DNA of 63,867 nucleotides, filler included, from Octopus bimaculoides (Eukaryota): NCBI RefSeq assembly GCF_001194135.2. It is 7 parts of 7 records of this genome, joined end to end, with 100 filler letters (N's around TTAATTAATTAA, not from the genome) between each part and the next. Parts side by side here need not be neighbours in the genome. Positions count along the whole stretch, not along the records: positions 48,232 to 55,694 come from NC_068993.1; positions 55,795 to 58,959 come from NC_068990.1; positions 59,060 to 62,536 come from NC_068984.1; positions 62,637 to 63,867 come from NW_026320079.1; 3 more parts are not named here. One strand, 5' to 3'. Shown piece by piece: positions 52,328 to 63,867 of this stretch (position 1 is its first letter; each line of letters starts with the position of its first letter). The notes under the pieces were generated by a model. It saw only the letters and a program-made list of their open reading frames with translations, ran no database searches and was not told where the DNA came from. The position numbers and the translations under genes were made by a program.

Positions 52328-54882
52328 GTTATTGTTATAAGATGATCGAAAGAGCGAAAGAACAGAATATGCACAGCAAGGAAAGAATTAAAAATCAAGA
52401 ATATAATACGAAAGTTTCTATTACAACAGTGGTATTGCATATCTGCGCACTGACCTAGCTTTGTCACCTTATCATATTCCTCAACTGCGTTAGTTGTTCA
52501 CGTTGGCAGGCATACATGTTCACACAAACACACGTTTTCCCCTCTTTCTTTCCAGCATATGAAAATACTTCCGAATTTATATCTTAAGAAATGTTTTCAT
52601 CGCAAACAGATATAAAGTAATGTCGACCCTGGTAGCATTCGAACCAGAGACACAAAGAGACGGGAAGAAATTCTGCAAAGCATTTGGCTCGGCGAAGTAG
52701 TGATTCTGGCAGATCGAAATCTTAAGGAAACTGAATTTACTTTCCTATTTTGGCACGAAGCCAGCAATTTTGAGAGTAGTAACGTCAATTATATCAATCC
52801 CACTAGTCGACTTCCGAAAGGAAGAAAGGCAAAGCCGACATCGATGGAATTTGAAGTGAGAATTATGAAAACGGACGAAATGCCGCTAAACATTTTGTCC
52901 GGCATACTCTGTCAGCTTCGAAGGGAACAGTGTAAATATTACTTACATGAAGGAATATGTCTGATTCTTACACAACATCTTCCATTATTTCCTCTCCAAT
53001 GGCAACCCATTCTTTCTACATTTTGTAAATCATTCCCTGAAACATCAGTTATCAATTCCTCATTTGACGTATCGATATCTGCTTTCTTATCCGGAACCAT
53101 TCCATCCGTCTCAAGTTTTTCGATCATTTCCTCCAAAGCAATTCTTGCTTCTGCAATTCCATCTGTGAATGTAATGAAGTGCATGAAACTGAATGAAATT
53201 AAACAATTAATTATGTCGATATGATATTTGATATGATTCATGACGTAGCACGTTCAATCATATGTTTCGTGTGTAGATATGTAAAAATTTGCGAATGTGA
53301 TTTATAAATATCATCATCATCATCATCATCATCGTTTAACGTCCGCTTTCCATGCTAGCATGGGTTGGACGATTTGACTGAGGACTGGTGAAACCGGATG
53401 GCAACACCAGGCTCCAGGTCGATAGATATATAGGCATTGATGTAGGCAGGTAGAAAACAGGTTAAGCTTGGATTTAAGAACGTTGCTTAAAAGGTAGGAA
53501 CTAGCTTAAGTAGAGCGGAGGCGCAATGGCCCAGTGGTTAGGGCAGCGGACTCGCAGTCATAGAATCGTGGTTTCGATTCCCAGACCGGACGTTGTGAGT
53601 GTTTATTGAGCGAAAGCACCTAAAAGCTCCACAAGGCTCCGGCAGGGGAAGGTGGCGAACCCTGCTGTACTCTTTCACCACAACTTTCTCTCACTCTTAC
53701 TTCCTGTTTCTGTTGTGCCTGTAATTCAAAGGGTCAGGCTTGTCACACTGTGTCACGCTGGATATCCCCGAGTACTACGTTAAGGGTACACGTGTCTGTG
53801 GAGTGCTCAGCCACTTGCACGTTAATTTCACGAGCAGGCTGTTCCGTTGATCGGATCGACTGGAACCCTCGTCGACGTAAGCGACGGAGTGCCAACAGCA
53901 TTCATGCAGGCACACAAAGCTAATTCTTCATATACATTTAAATAAGACAGAGAGACTAATGATATCATTAATATAACGCTGGGATGCTTGTATCACCATC
54001 ACTATTTTCTTGAAGCGAGGAAGAATCGGAATCTTCAGATCAACCAATAAATACCATTCTTAGAGAACGTCATGGAAAGAAAGTTATAACAGAAGTTATA
54101 ATTCCCCCAACAATTCACTCTTACTGTGCATGAGAATGCAGCGGTCCTTCGGTGAACACGAAACCACAAGATTACGAAGCGGCCTTCTTAACCGCATAGC
54201 CCTTGTCGGAACACCGTATTCAAGGGCTCCAAAATATTGACACCAGTAAAAGGTCGAGAAAATCGGAAAAATTCGACATCAGGACTCATGTTTTTTTTTA
54301 AATCTTGGTGCCTATTCTATGGGAACGTAAACAAAACAGGAGCGGTTGCCACGCGGTCAGAGACATGCAGAAAGATACTCACACATACGCACGCATATAA
54401 ATAATATATATATTCATACATACATACATACATGCGTATGGTAGGAAGCTTGCCATATAGGTTGTGTGGTAAGAAGCTTGCTTCCCAACCACATGGTTCC
54501 GGCTTCAGTCCCACTGTGTGGTACCTCGGGCAAGTATCTTCTACTATGGCTTCATGGAAGATAGTTTGTTTTCTCGACAATTTTGCTGCCATTTCTAGCA
54601 AATTAAGTGCATTTAGATGTATGAGTGGGTGCCGAAAAGTCCTAGCTTCAAGGGTATCACGAAAAGCCTGATTGGCGACCCAACCTTCCAATTTCTTTTA
54701 CACACTGCGTATGTAGTGTGTGTGTTGAGCGTGTGTGTGTGTGTGTGAGTATGTGTGTGTGTGTATTGTGTTACAATAAAGTAGTACCTACCTTCACTTA
54801 TCTTCGGTTCAGTATCTACGACAGCACCAGTTCCCAGGTAGAACATGACCGCCAAATAAATGAGAGTGTTCATCATCTTCAT
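50290..54882 (-). CDS. Secreted prepro-protein, ~241 aa: signal, acidic pro-region, cationic 6-Cys beta-rich core (DUF4773-like Cys spacing), KR, acidic C-terminal peptide
   Basis: Exons 54882-54792, 53162-52947, 51673-51590 and 50624-50290; all GT-AG phase-1 introns (donors GTAGGT, GTAAGT, GTGAGT) join in one open frame. Core MGCHWRGNNGRCCVRIRHIPSFCISMYVGRGAITFRLTVGRRTLMTRTYRGKFSKTFYVRIGILKVGLRISVVSFTAHSVRICFGISYRIFFHHRSQNLGCTTKR. TATA-like box upstream and AATAAA at about 50082-50077. Confidence 0.88.
51915..52335. repeat. ~420-bp compound (ATT)n/(ATC)n microsatellite in intron 2 of the secreted precursor gene
   Basis: Direct inspection. Confidence 0.95.
53517..53899 (+). mobile_element. 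Full-length tRNA-derived SINE, family A copy 3 (intron 1, antisense to the host gene)
   Basis: Same head, body and tail as 21237. Confidence 0.85.
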
Positions 54883-55794
54883 TATGGTGTTGGTGTTGTT
54901 TTCTCAAAATTCGACACAAGTTCGATCGCTAATGAGAAATTAGTTTGGCAGAATGGAGGCGAATGGCTAACATCAGAGTGTAGAGTTCTATACTTATAGG
55001 TTTATCCACATCCGTCTATTTACTAATATTTCAGGGACGTTACTGAAATCAAAACAACAAGCCCAATTTTAAGAATCCATCCTGGTCTTCTGTCATCAAA
55101 ATAGGTGCGATAGGAAATTAGTTTGACAAAGAAAAATGGGATTAAATTATGTTCCAACTTATTTACACTGAATCACACCTTAATTTGAATATTATTGTTT
55201 TGTTGTTCAAGGACTACTTTAAAATTATCTTTCTCTTTGTTTTCATTGGTTTCTTTCCTGGTTTATCCTTCTATTTCCTTAATCATCGTTTATATTTAAA
55301 AAAAACATCCGGTTTATATCAACATCCTTATATTTTAAAGTGTGTCACTGTTCTGAATTACAATAATATACAAGTTTCCAAATCTAGCGAACTGGTAGAA
55401 CTGTATGCACGCCAGGGACCAAAATGCCTAGCGACATCTTGTCCGTCTCTACGCTCCGAGTTCAAATTCTGCCTAGGTTGACTTCGGTTTTCCTCCCTTT
55501 CAGAGGCACTAAAATAGATACTAGTTGCGCATTGCAGTCGATGTAATCGACTAGTCTCCGCTCAAAAAATCTCAGACCTTCCTCCTAGAGCAGAAAGGAA
55601 TAATTAATAATTGTCGAAAATCTCTGATAGTTTAGGGCGATTGTAAGAGCTCTGACAGAAGATCAATTATTGCTAATTATATATATATATATATNNNNNN
55701 NNNNNNNNNNNNNNNNNNNNNNNNNNNNNNNNNNNNNNTTAATTAATTAANNNNNNNNNNNNNNNNNNNNNNNNNNNNNNNNNNNNNNNNNNNN

Positions 55795-55845
<51 letters not shown>

Positions 55846-57615
55846 ATGTATATATATGTAGGGGTCATTTTCATAGCATTTCATAGCGTTCCTGATTTGC
55901 CGTCCATATCTCCTAAGGTGACTATTCAGTCCAGTTGCAGAGATCTGCACGGCTTAGAGCATAGGTGAAAGGCGAAAGTTGTAATTTAGTATGCTCTTGC
56001 AACTGATTAGGGCTTCACCCGTCGCCACTCTTCCATCACCGTAGAACATTGAGTAGATGATATAATTGAGATCGATATACAGAGACATCTGAACATCATT
56101 GGATTATCATGATGAACGCGTGTACATCACAAGTACCTCTCGTCTTTCTGATTAGTTCTTAGTGATAGGCCGAATTTGAACTCAGAACATAATTTGAACG
56201 CAGAACATAAAGATGGGCGAAATGCTTAGCAGCATTTCGCCCGGCGTGCTAACAAGTCTGCCGGCTTGCCGCCTTATATATGCATATATATGCTACTAAT
56301 CAGACAGGTATTGCTGGATTACCAAATATGCTACTGTATTGAAGCGCAATCTTAAAAAAAAAAAAAAACTCAGCAAAATTACGTCTTTTAAAGACCAGTC
56401 ATTAAATATGTAACTGTTTTTTTTTTCTAGCAGCCGACTTGTTTTTTGCAGGACTAAGTTTACGGATATCATTCTAAACCATCCAACTGTAAAGACAAGC
56501 CTCTCTTATACAACCGCGTAATTGCTTGGCGTTTCCAATATTCATTGGACCTGAAATCGGTATACTTTCGGATCGATTTGCACTAAACTACTCAACGCTG
56601 CTTCTAGTACTGAAAGCATTGATTTCTCTTTTAATGCTTGCCGCACATCAACTTTACCTACCTACGTATGAATCAGATATAAATTGCTTCAACTTGTCCT
56701 TTTGTTTTCTAACGTCATAAAATGTTAGAGAATCTATATTATATTCACCAACAATAGGGTTGCTATTTTCATTTCATTTCAAACGTTGTTACATTTCAGT
56801 TTCCGGTGGTTGCAACGTGAGAGTTTGACGCTTTATGTTTTCTCGCTCTTTTTCACAAATTGTTTACATTTATTAACACTGGAGGAGATTTTCACAAATG
56901 TATGGATAATGTGTAAGTAGATAAAGTAGATACAAAGCACTCAAGCATTGATTATTTCTTCTTTACAATTTAGATGTAATCACTGACAAAATTACATCAA
57001 CGACCAGTGGCGTTGCCGACGCACGAAAAAATATTAAGAGCAACAAAAGTAGTGGATCTGGTAGATACTGGATTAAAGAAATTTATGCGCGCGCGCGCGT
57101 GTGTATAAATATATATTTGTGTGTGTGCGTGTGTGTGAGTATTTATGCACACACACACATATCTATATCTTTTACTCTTATTTCAGGCAATGGCCTGCGG
57201 CCATGCTGGTGTCACGTATTCAAAAGTTTAGTCGACCTTTTAAAAGGTTTAATACTTATTTCTAAGCTCGGTACTTATTCTATCGGTCTGATTACCGAAC
57301 CGCTAAGTTACAGAGATGTAAAGAAACCAGGATCGGTTGTCAAGCGCGGCAAACAAAGACGCGTGCGCGCACACACACACACACGCACATACATATATAT
57401 ACGAACATGTACATATATATGACAGGCTTCATTCAGTTTCTGTCTGCCAAATACTCTCACAAGGCTTTGGTCTGCCTGAGGCTACAGTGGAAGACACTTA
57501 CCAAGAACTGAACACGGAACCATGCGGTTGGGAAGCAAATTTCTTGCTACACAGCCACCCCAGTGCCTTGTGCGTTTGTGTGTGTTGTGTAATTATATAT
57601 ATATATATATATATA

Positions 57616-58881
57616 CAGATGTTGGACAAAATAATGGAAACACCTAGCATCATAGTATCATGATTTTGAAATATCTATAAAACCGTCAAAAGATTGTTTA
57701 TTTTAATGTTCTTTGATTTATTATTACTGTTGCCTAATATGTTTTGCTAGCATTGCTATTTCTTTTCAGATATCATCAGAAAAAGGTAATTAAGATTCAT
57801 TAAAATGTAAGATCTATCGGACTTTCAAAGAGGTCAAATTGTTGGTGCTCGTATGGCAAGCGCTAACGTAACGAAAATAGCCGCAATGTTTGGTGCATCA
57901 AGAAGTGCTGTCTCGAAAGTAATGACAGCTTTTGAGAAAGAGGGGAAAACCTCATCGTCGAAACAAAACTCCGGAAGAAAACCAAAACTTTCAGATAGGG
58001 ACCGTCGAACTTTTACACGAATTGTTAGAAAGGATCATAAAAGTACAGCTCCCAAAATTACCGCAGAGCTTAATGACCACCACGAGAACCCAGTTTCCAC
58101 AAAAACCGTTCGCCGGGAGCTGCACAAAGCCAGATTTCACGAGAGAACTGCAATCAGAAAACCACTTCTTTCAAAAACAAACGTTGCAAAGCGTTTAGTG
58201 TGGAGTAAAAACCTACAGGATTGGTCCCTAGAGCAGTTGAAAAATGTCATTTTTTGGGGTGAGTCTTCCTGTACGTTATTTCCAACCACCGGCCGAGTAT
58301 ACATGTGGAGACAGCCAAAAGAAGCATTTGACCCAGACTGCCTTCTTCCAACTATTAAACATGGAGGGGGATCTGTGATGATCTGGGTGAAGGGGCTATA
58401 TCTTGGAAATTCGCTGGCCCTATGGTTTCCCTTGATGGCAGAATTAATAGTCAAGACTATTTAAGCATTTTATCTTATCAAATTCATCCTATGGTTGCAG
58501 AACTGTTTCGAGAGGGAAACGCAATCTTTCAGGATGATAATGCACCAATTCACACAGCTAAAATTGTTACTGCAAGGCACGAGGAACATTATAGTGAAGT
58601 TGAACATCTTATCTGGCCACCACAGTCCCCAAATCTCAATCTCAATATTATTGAACATTTATGGTGCATTTAGGAGTCGATATCCTCCACCATCATAACT
58701 ACAAGAACTGGAGACTGTTTTAGCTGAAGAATGGAGAAAAATTCTTTTGGAAACAATTCAAACTTTGTACGAGTCCATACCTCGTAGAGTTCAAGCTGTA
58801 ATTACTGCCAAAGGCAGTCCTACTCCATATTAAAATAAATTTGTTCGAAATTTTAAGGCGTTTCTATTTTGTCCAACTCCT
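57616..58881 (+). mobile_element. Near full-length decayed Tc1 (DD34E) transposon
   Basis: TIRs TA-CAGATGTTGGACAAAATAATGGAAACACC / GGCGTTTCTATTTTGTCCAACTCCT. Transposase pieces GRKPKLSDRDRR, VIFWGESS (degenerate), TIKHGGGSVMIW, IFQDDNAPIH, WPPQSPNLN..IIEHLW, with frameshifts. Confidence 0.92.
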
Positions 58882-59060
58882 CCTACATGCCCACTCTTAC
58901 CCCACCCTCACTCACCCTTGCTTACCCCACCCTCGTCTCCCTCATACCCCAACACCATCNNNNNNNNNNNNNNNNNNNNNNNNNNNNNNNNNNNNNNNNN
59001 NNNTTAATTAATTAANNNNNNNNNNNNNNNNNNNNNNNNNNNNNNNNNNNNNNNNNNNNC

Positions 59061-59756
59061 CTGCACAGCCTGCCACGACTCTCGACAAGGGAGTCAGGGT
59101 GCTACGAAGGCGCCATCATGGCGGCGGAAGTGCGGGACGCGATGGCAGAATGTTCGAGGGACAAATCGCCGGGTTTAGATGGTCTACCCTACGAGCTTTA
59201 CAGTTGTATGCCAGACTTCTTTGGAGACGTCTTGGCAGCAGTGTACCGCAACTGGCAGCAAAACGGGAGCATCCCCGGTTTTGTGAGCCGAGGAGCCGTA
59301 ACGCTGCTGAAGAAAGATTCAAACAAGGAGGACGTAATAGATAACTTTAGGCCCATCACTCTGCTCAATGCAGACTTCAAAATTTTGGCCAAAGTGTTAG
59401 CCAAGAGATTGGCGTTTCTCATCGAGAAACTAGTCGACAAGGCACAAACGTGCACCGTACCGAGCCGGAGCATCCATGACAACTTCCATCTGATTCGCTA
59501 CATCATAGACAGGGTAGTTAACGAACCTGGCATGGGTGGGGCTCTGATCAACTTGGATCAATCCAAGGCTTCCGATAGGATAGATCATCGATACTTGGAG
59601 GCTGTCCTCATAGCGGCTGGTTTCGGTCCCGTCTTCCGCGGGTGGATAGTTGCTTTGTACAGAGGCATCCGTTCGGTAATTCGCGTGAATGGACATCTAT
59701 CGAGATCTTTCGACATTGCACGTTCGGTCAGTCAGGCATGCCCCCTCTCGTCGCTT
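59061..59756 (+). mobile_element. Tx1/L1-clade LINE ORF2 reverse transcriptase fragment (bounded by gaps)
   Basis: KSPGLDGLPYELY, TLLKK, NFRPITLLNADFKILAKVLAKRL, LINLDQSKASDRIDH, SVSQACPLS. GC-richer than the surroundings. Confidence 0.9.
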
Positions 59757-60441
59757 NNNNNNNNNNNNNNNNNNNNNNNNNNNNNNNNNNNNNNNNNNNN
59801 NNNNNNNNNNNNNNNNNNNNNNNNNNNNNNNNNNNNNNNNNNNNNNNNNNNNNNNNNNNNNNNNNNNNNNNNNNNNNNNNNNNNNNNNNNNNNNNNNNNN
59901 NNNNNNNNNNNNNNNNNNNNNNNNNNNNNNNNNNNNNNNNNNNNNNNNNNNNNNNNNNNNNNNNNNNNNNNNNNNNNNNNNNNNNNNNNNNNNNNNNNNN
60001 NNNNNNNNNNNNNNNNNNNNNNNNNNNNNNNNNNNNNNNNNNNNNNNNNNNNNNNNNNNNNNNNNNNNNNNNNNNNNNNNNNNNNNNNNNNNNNNNNNNN
60101 NNNNNNNNNNNNNNNNNNNNNNNNNNNNNNNNNNNNNNNNNNNNNNNNNNNNNNNNNNNNNNNNNNNNNNNNNNNNNNNNNNNNNNNNNNNNNNNNNNNN
60201 NNNNNNNNNNNNNNNNNNNNNNNNNNNNNNNNNNNNNNNNNNNNNNNNNNNNNNNNNNNNNNNNNNNNNNNNNNNNNNNNNNNNNNNNNNNNNNNNNNNN
60301 NNNNNNNNNNNNNNNNNNNNNNNNNNNNNNNNNNNNNNNNNNNNNNNNNNNNNNNNNNNNNNNNNNNNNNNNNNNNNNNNNNNNNNNNNNNNNNNNNNNN
60401 NNNNNNNNNNNNNNNNNNNNNNNNNNNNNNNNNNNNNNNNN

Positions 60442-60489
<48 letters not shown>

Positions 60490-60980
60490 TCTAAATATAG
60501 CTTAGTAAAATACTAATCATAGCTAAAAAGCGTTTTTCATGTTTAAGAAAAAATATATTGTAAAGTACAAGGCTTTATATTTACCCCATTCTCAGAAGCG
60601 TTTCCCCAGCATTCAACGGCACTTAATACGTCCCTAATACCATCCTCCCTGTTCACAACACCATCCACCTCGTATTTCATGCTACTTACCCTATCCCCAG
60701 TGCTATTTCCCACTCCACATTGCATCATAGATGTTAATCTATGCCTTTGATATCTATCGATATAATTATGTCCGGATCAGTCTCATTATCAATTGATAGA
60801 GCCGGAGTTAGTATTCTACTTAGTAACTGCACTATGTCGATATGCAAATCTGTCTGTTCATGTTGGAGTGAGAACAATCCATAGGGACGTGACTAAGAGG
60901 AAACATCGGCAGACATGTTGAGCTGTACGAGTGTGAGTGTGTGTGTACGTGTAAGATGTGTGTGTGTGTGTACGTGTAAG

Positions 60981-61016
<36 letters not shown>

Positions 61017-61829
61017 GTAAGTGTATTAGTGAGTGTGGTTGTGTGGCTATATGTGTGTGTGTGTGCTCATGTGTACGCATATATGTGTATAAGCGTGCGA
61101 TTGTGTGCTGCTGTGCGTGAGTATATTGGGATGTATGTGTACGTGTGTGTCTATACGTAAGTGTGTGTGTGTGTGTGTGTGTGTGTATGTAAGTGTGTGG
61201 TTGTGTGTACATGTGTGTGTATATGTAAGTGTGTGTGTGTGTGTGTGTGTGTGTTACATCTACCCCATGATATTGGCAATGAAATGTTGCTCTGGTCAGT
61301 GGAGATGATTAATTATGCATGGTGGACTGACGTCATAAAGTGACGGCCGCAGCACCGATGGTGACGGCATTGGCGGTGATGGTGGTTGTGGTGGTGGTGG
61401 TGGTGGTGGTGGTGGTTGTATTGGTAATAAGGGATCTGGATGCATTGATGATGTTGATTGCTGCTAGTATTTATTGCCGTGTGTGTAGCTGGTATTTTTG
61501 CTTTAGTCCATGGTCATCTCTGAAGAAGCAGACTTATGATTGAAAGCCATGTTTAAGCCGTGTTTATCTTTCAGACATAGTATATATGGGAATGCAGGAT
61601 ATAACCTTGGAATATATCATATAATGTCTTCGTTTCCTAACAAAGAAGGTGTGTAATTTGAAGGAGATTTATTTGTATCTAGCTGATTGAACGTCCTTGG
61701 ACATTTCGAAGACTCTCTCTGCACCTGTAAATAGACAGAGAAACAATTCCTTCACTTCTTCTGACTAATCTTATTAGAATCGTGTGTGTGCGTATATATA
61801 TATATATATATATGTGTGTGTATGTATAT

Positions 61830-62290
61830 GTATATATGTATACATTACGCGAAAGAAACAGCCTCAGTACGCTGCAAGTTAGGACCCCTCTTCCAAAAGG
61901 ATGGCTCCTTCACAGAAAGTCCAGCCAGGATCAGTAAGGTACTGAATGACCAATTCAAAAGTGTCTTTACCACCCCGTTGGGACACAAACAATTAACGAA
62001 CCAGTGGGTTTCTTTGCCACCTCACCTATAAGCAGCGAGGCAGTTACGATGGAATACATCGACATTAGCGAAGAAGATCTACTACTAGCCATAAATGAAG
62101 TGACACAAACTCAACTACTGGTCCCGATGGTTTCCCAGCAGTCCTCCTCAAATCGTGTAAGCGTGCCCTGACATAACCCCTCCAGATTCTTTTCCAGAGC
62201 TTTCTTGCAAATTGCAGTCTGCCAAGCAAGCTCAATGAGGGAATATGCCCAATCCATAAAGGAGGAAGCAGAGCAGATGCCAAATACATA
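61830..62290 (+). mobile_element. CR1/Jockey-group LINE fragment (pre-RT region)
   Basis: LNDQFKSVFT, then GPDGFPAVLLKSCKRAL..PLQILFQSFL...ICPIHKGGSR. Confidence 0.75.
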
Positions 62291-62512
62291 AATCAATTGA
62301 AGGGACGCATCACCAACTCATTTGCACATGTATCACCAGATGTGGATGTGCTGTTACGAGTTCACAATGAGTGGAGTAAACGTATTGCAATGTGTATTCA
62401 AAACAATGGTAACCATATAGAGCTTGTTAAAAAAAAAAACTGTTCTTATAAACTGTTTCTAATATAAAAAAATAAATCGTTCCTATGTATGGCGACTTTT
62501 GAATCACTCTGT
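62290..62512 (+). mobile_element. Tc1/mariner-superfamily 3' end
   Basis: INQLKGRITNSF...EWSKRIAMCIQNNGNHIE, ending GAATCACTCTG-TA. Confidence 0.65.
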
Positions 62513-63039
62513 ATATATATATATATATATATATATNNNNNNNNNNNNNNNNNNNNNNNNNNNNNNNNNNNNNNNNNNNNTTAATTAATTAANNNNNNNN
62601 NNNNNNNNNNNNNNNNNNNNNNNNNNNNNNNNNNNNTGCAAACAAAACAAAAAAAACGTGGACAAAATGCTAAACGGAGCACAGAAAACACACAGGTCAC
62701 ATAGAAAACATTTCCTTCATCAGCTGCCACCATTCTAAAACTAAGCGTTTCGAAGCATGCGTGCATGTATCTATATATCTATCTGTCTACCTGTGTATGT
62801 AACTATGAATCGCCATATTGGAAATTAGATAGACAGAGAGATGAGCAGAGGAAGAGATAGACTGATAGACATACCTACAGGTATTTGTTAGGTATTTGGA
62901 GCGATGGAGAGATATAGGGATATTTCCAAGCAAGCATGCAAATATGTGTTTAGTCATAACCGTAATGCTATTAATTACGCAAGAACATACCTTGTATATA
63001 TATATATATATATATAAACACATGTGCGAACGTGTACGT

Positions 63040-63088
<49 letters not shown>

Positions 63089-63216
63089 TGTATTTGTAAG
63101 TGTGTAGGTCATATTTGATCTGTTCTTGTCTCAAAATATAATCTGTAGCAGACTATCTCAGAAAGATAGAAATCCACGTCGGTTGTAATATATTCAGAGT
63201 ATGCGTGAATGTTGGC

Positions 63217-63342
<126 letters not shown>

Positions 63343-63454
63343 GCATGCATAAACACATGGATACGTACGTAGGTACATGCGTACGTACGTACATACATAC
63401 AAGTGTACTATCATACATCCAAATACATATACATATACATATATATATATATTA

Positions 63455-63715
63455 GTTTCAAGGTTCATCCAAGGCTGGGACCACGGGCCATACGTCCCCT
63501 GCCCAATTCAGGATCACAACATATAGGTACACTGCGGCATAATTTCTTTTCCTCAACAGGCCCTGCCCTGTTTAACATTGTCCCAAAACTGATAAAAGAG
63601 GAATAAGGATCCTATCAGCTTTAAACGGAGTCTGGAGAGATTTCTTCAAGGAATACCACACAAGCCACCTATACCTGGATACAACTCACTACTTGAATGG
63701 ACGATAAACAAAACC
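63455..63715 (+). mobile_element. LINE C-terminal fragment (probably the family at 61830)
   Basis: HPRLGPRAIRPLP...TLRHNFFSSTGPALFNIVPKLIK, typical of CR1-group ORF2 ends. Confidence 0.55.
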
Positions 63716-63867
63716 TGACTGTAAAAAGGATTTAGATAGTCCTATCAGGTGGTGCTATTAAGTTAGACATAATAGTCAAACGACTGAAACAAATGACAGA
63801 ATAAAAGAACATACATATGTTTATATATATATATATATATATATATATCTGTGTGTGTGTGTGTGTG

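Noticed and set aside
51878-52467. Poly-Ile and Ile/Met ORFs
   Set aside because: Trinucleotide microsatellite inside an intron.

Overview
This is AT-rich, microsatellite- and SINE-dense animal genomic DNA with many N gaps. TTAGGG repeats and the repeat landscape suggest a coleoid cephalopod such as octopus (inference). Host genes I can support, all on the minus strand: (1) an intronless secreted chitin/polysaccharide deacetylase (2448-4055); (2) four 3' coding exons of a tetraspanin (18254-21910); (3) a 4-exon, ~241-aa secreted precursor (50290-54882) that the ORF track misses. It has a signal peptide, an acidic N-terminal segment, a 105-aa Cys-bearing core with no Asp/Glu and 20 Arg/Lys, a KR site and an acidic C-terminal segment. 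The first exon and promoter of a tandem paralog lie at 48497-48712. Several orphan exon candidates are also present, mostly on the plus strand. The rest is mainly decayed transposons (mariner, Tc1, Chapaev-like, a Merlin-like MITE, R4/Dong, Tx1/L1, RTE and CR1-group LINEs, Gypsy), tRNA-derived SINEs, simple repeats and unassigned sequence. Splice models were built by hand from GT-AG sites and frame continuity, and family names come from motif recognition, not database searches.
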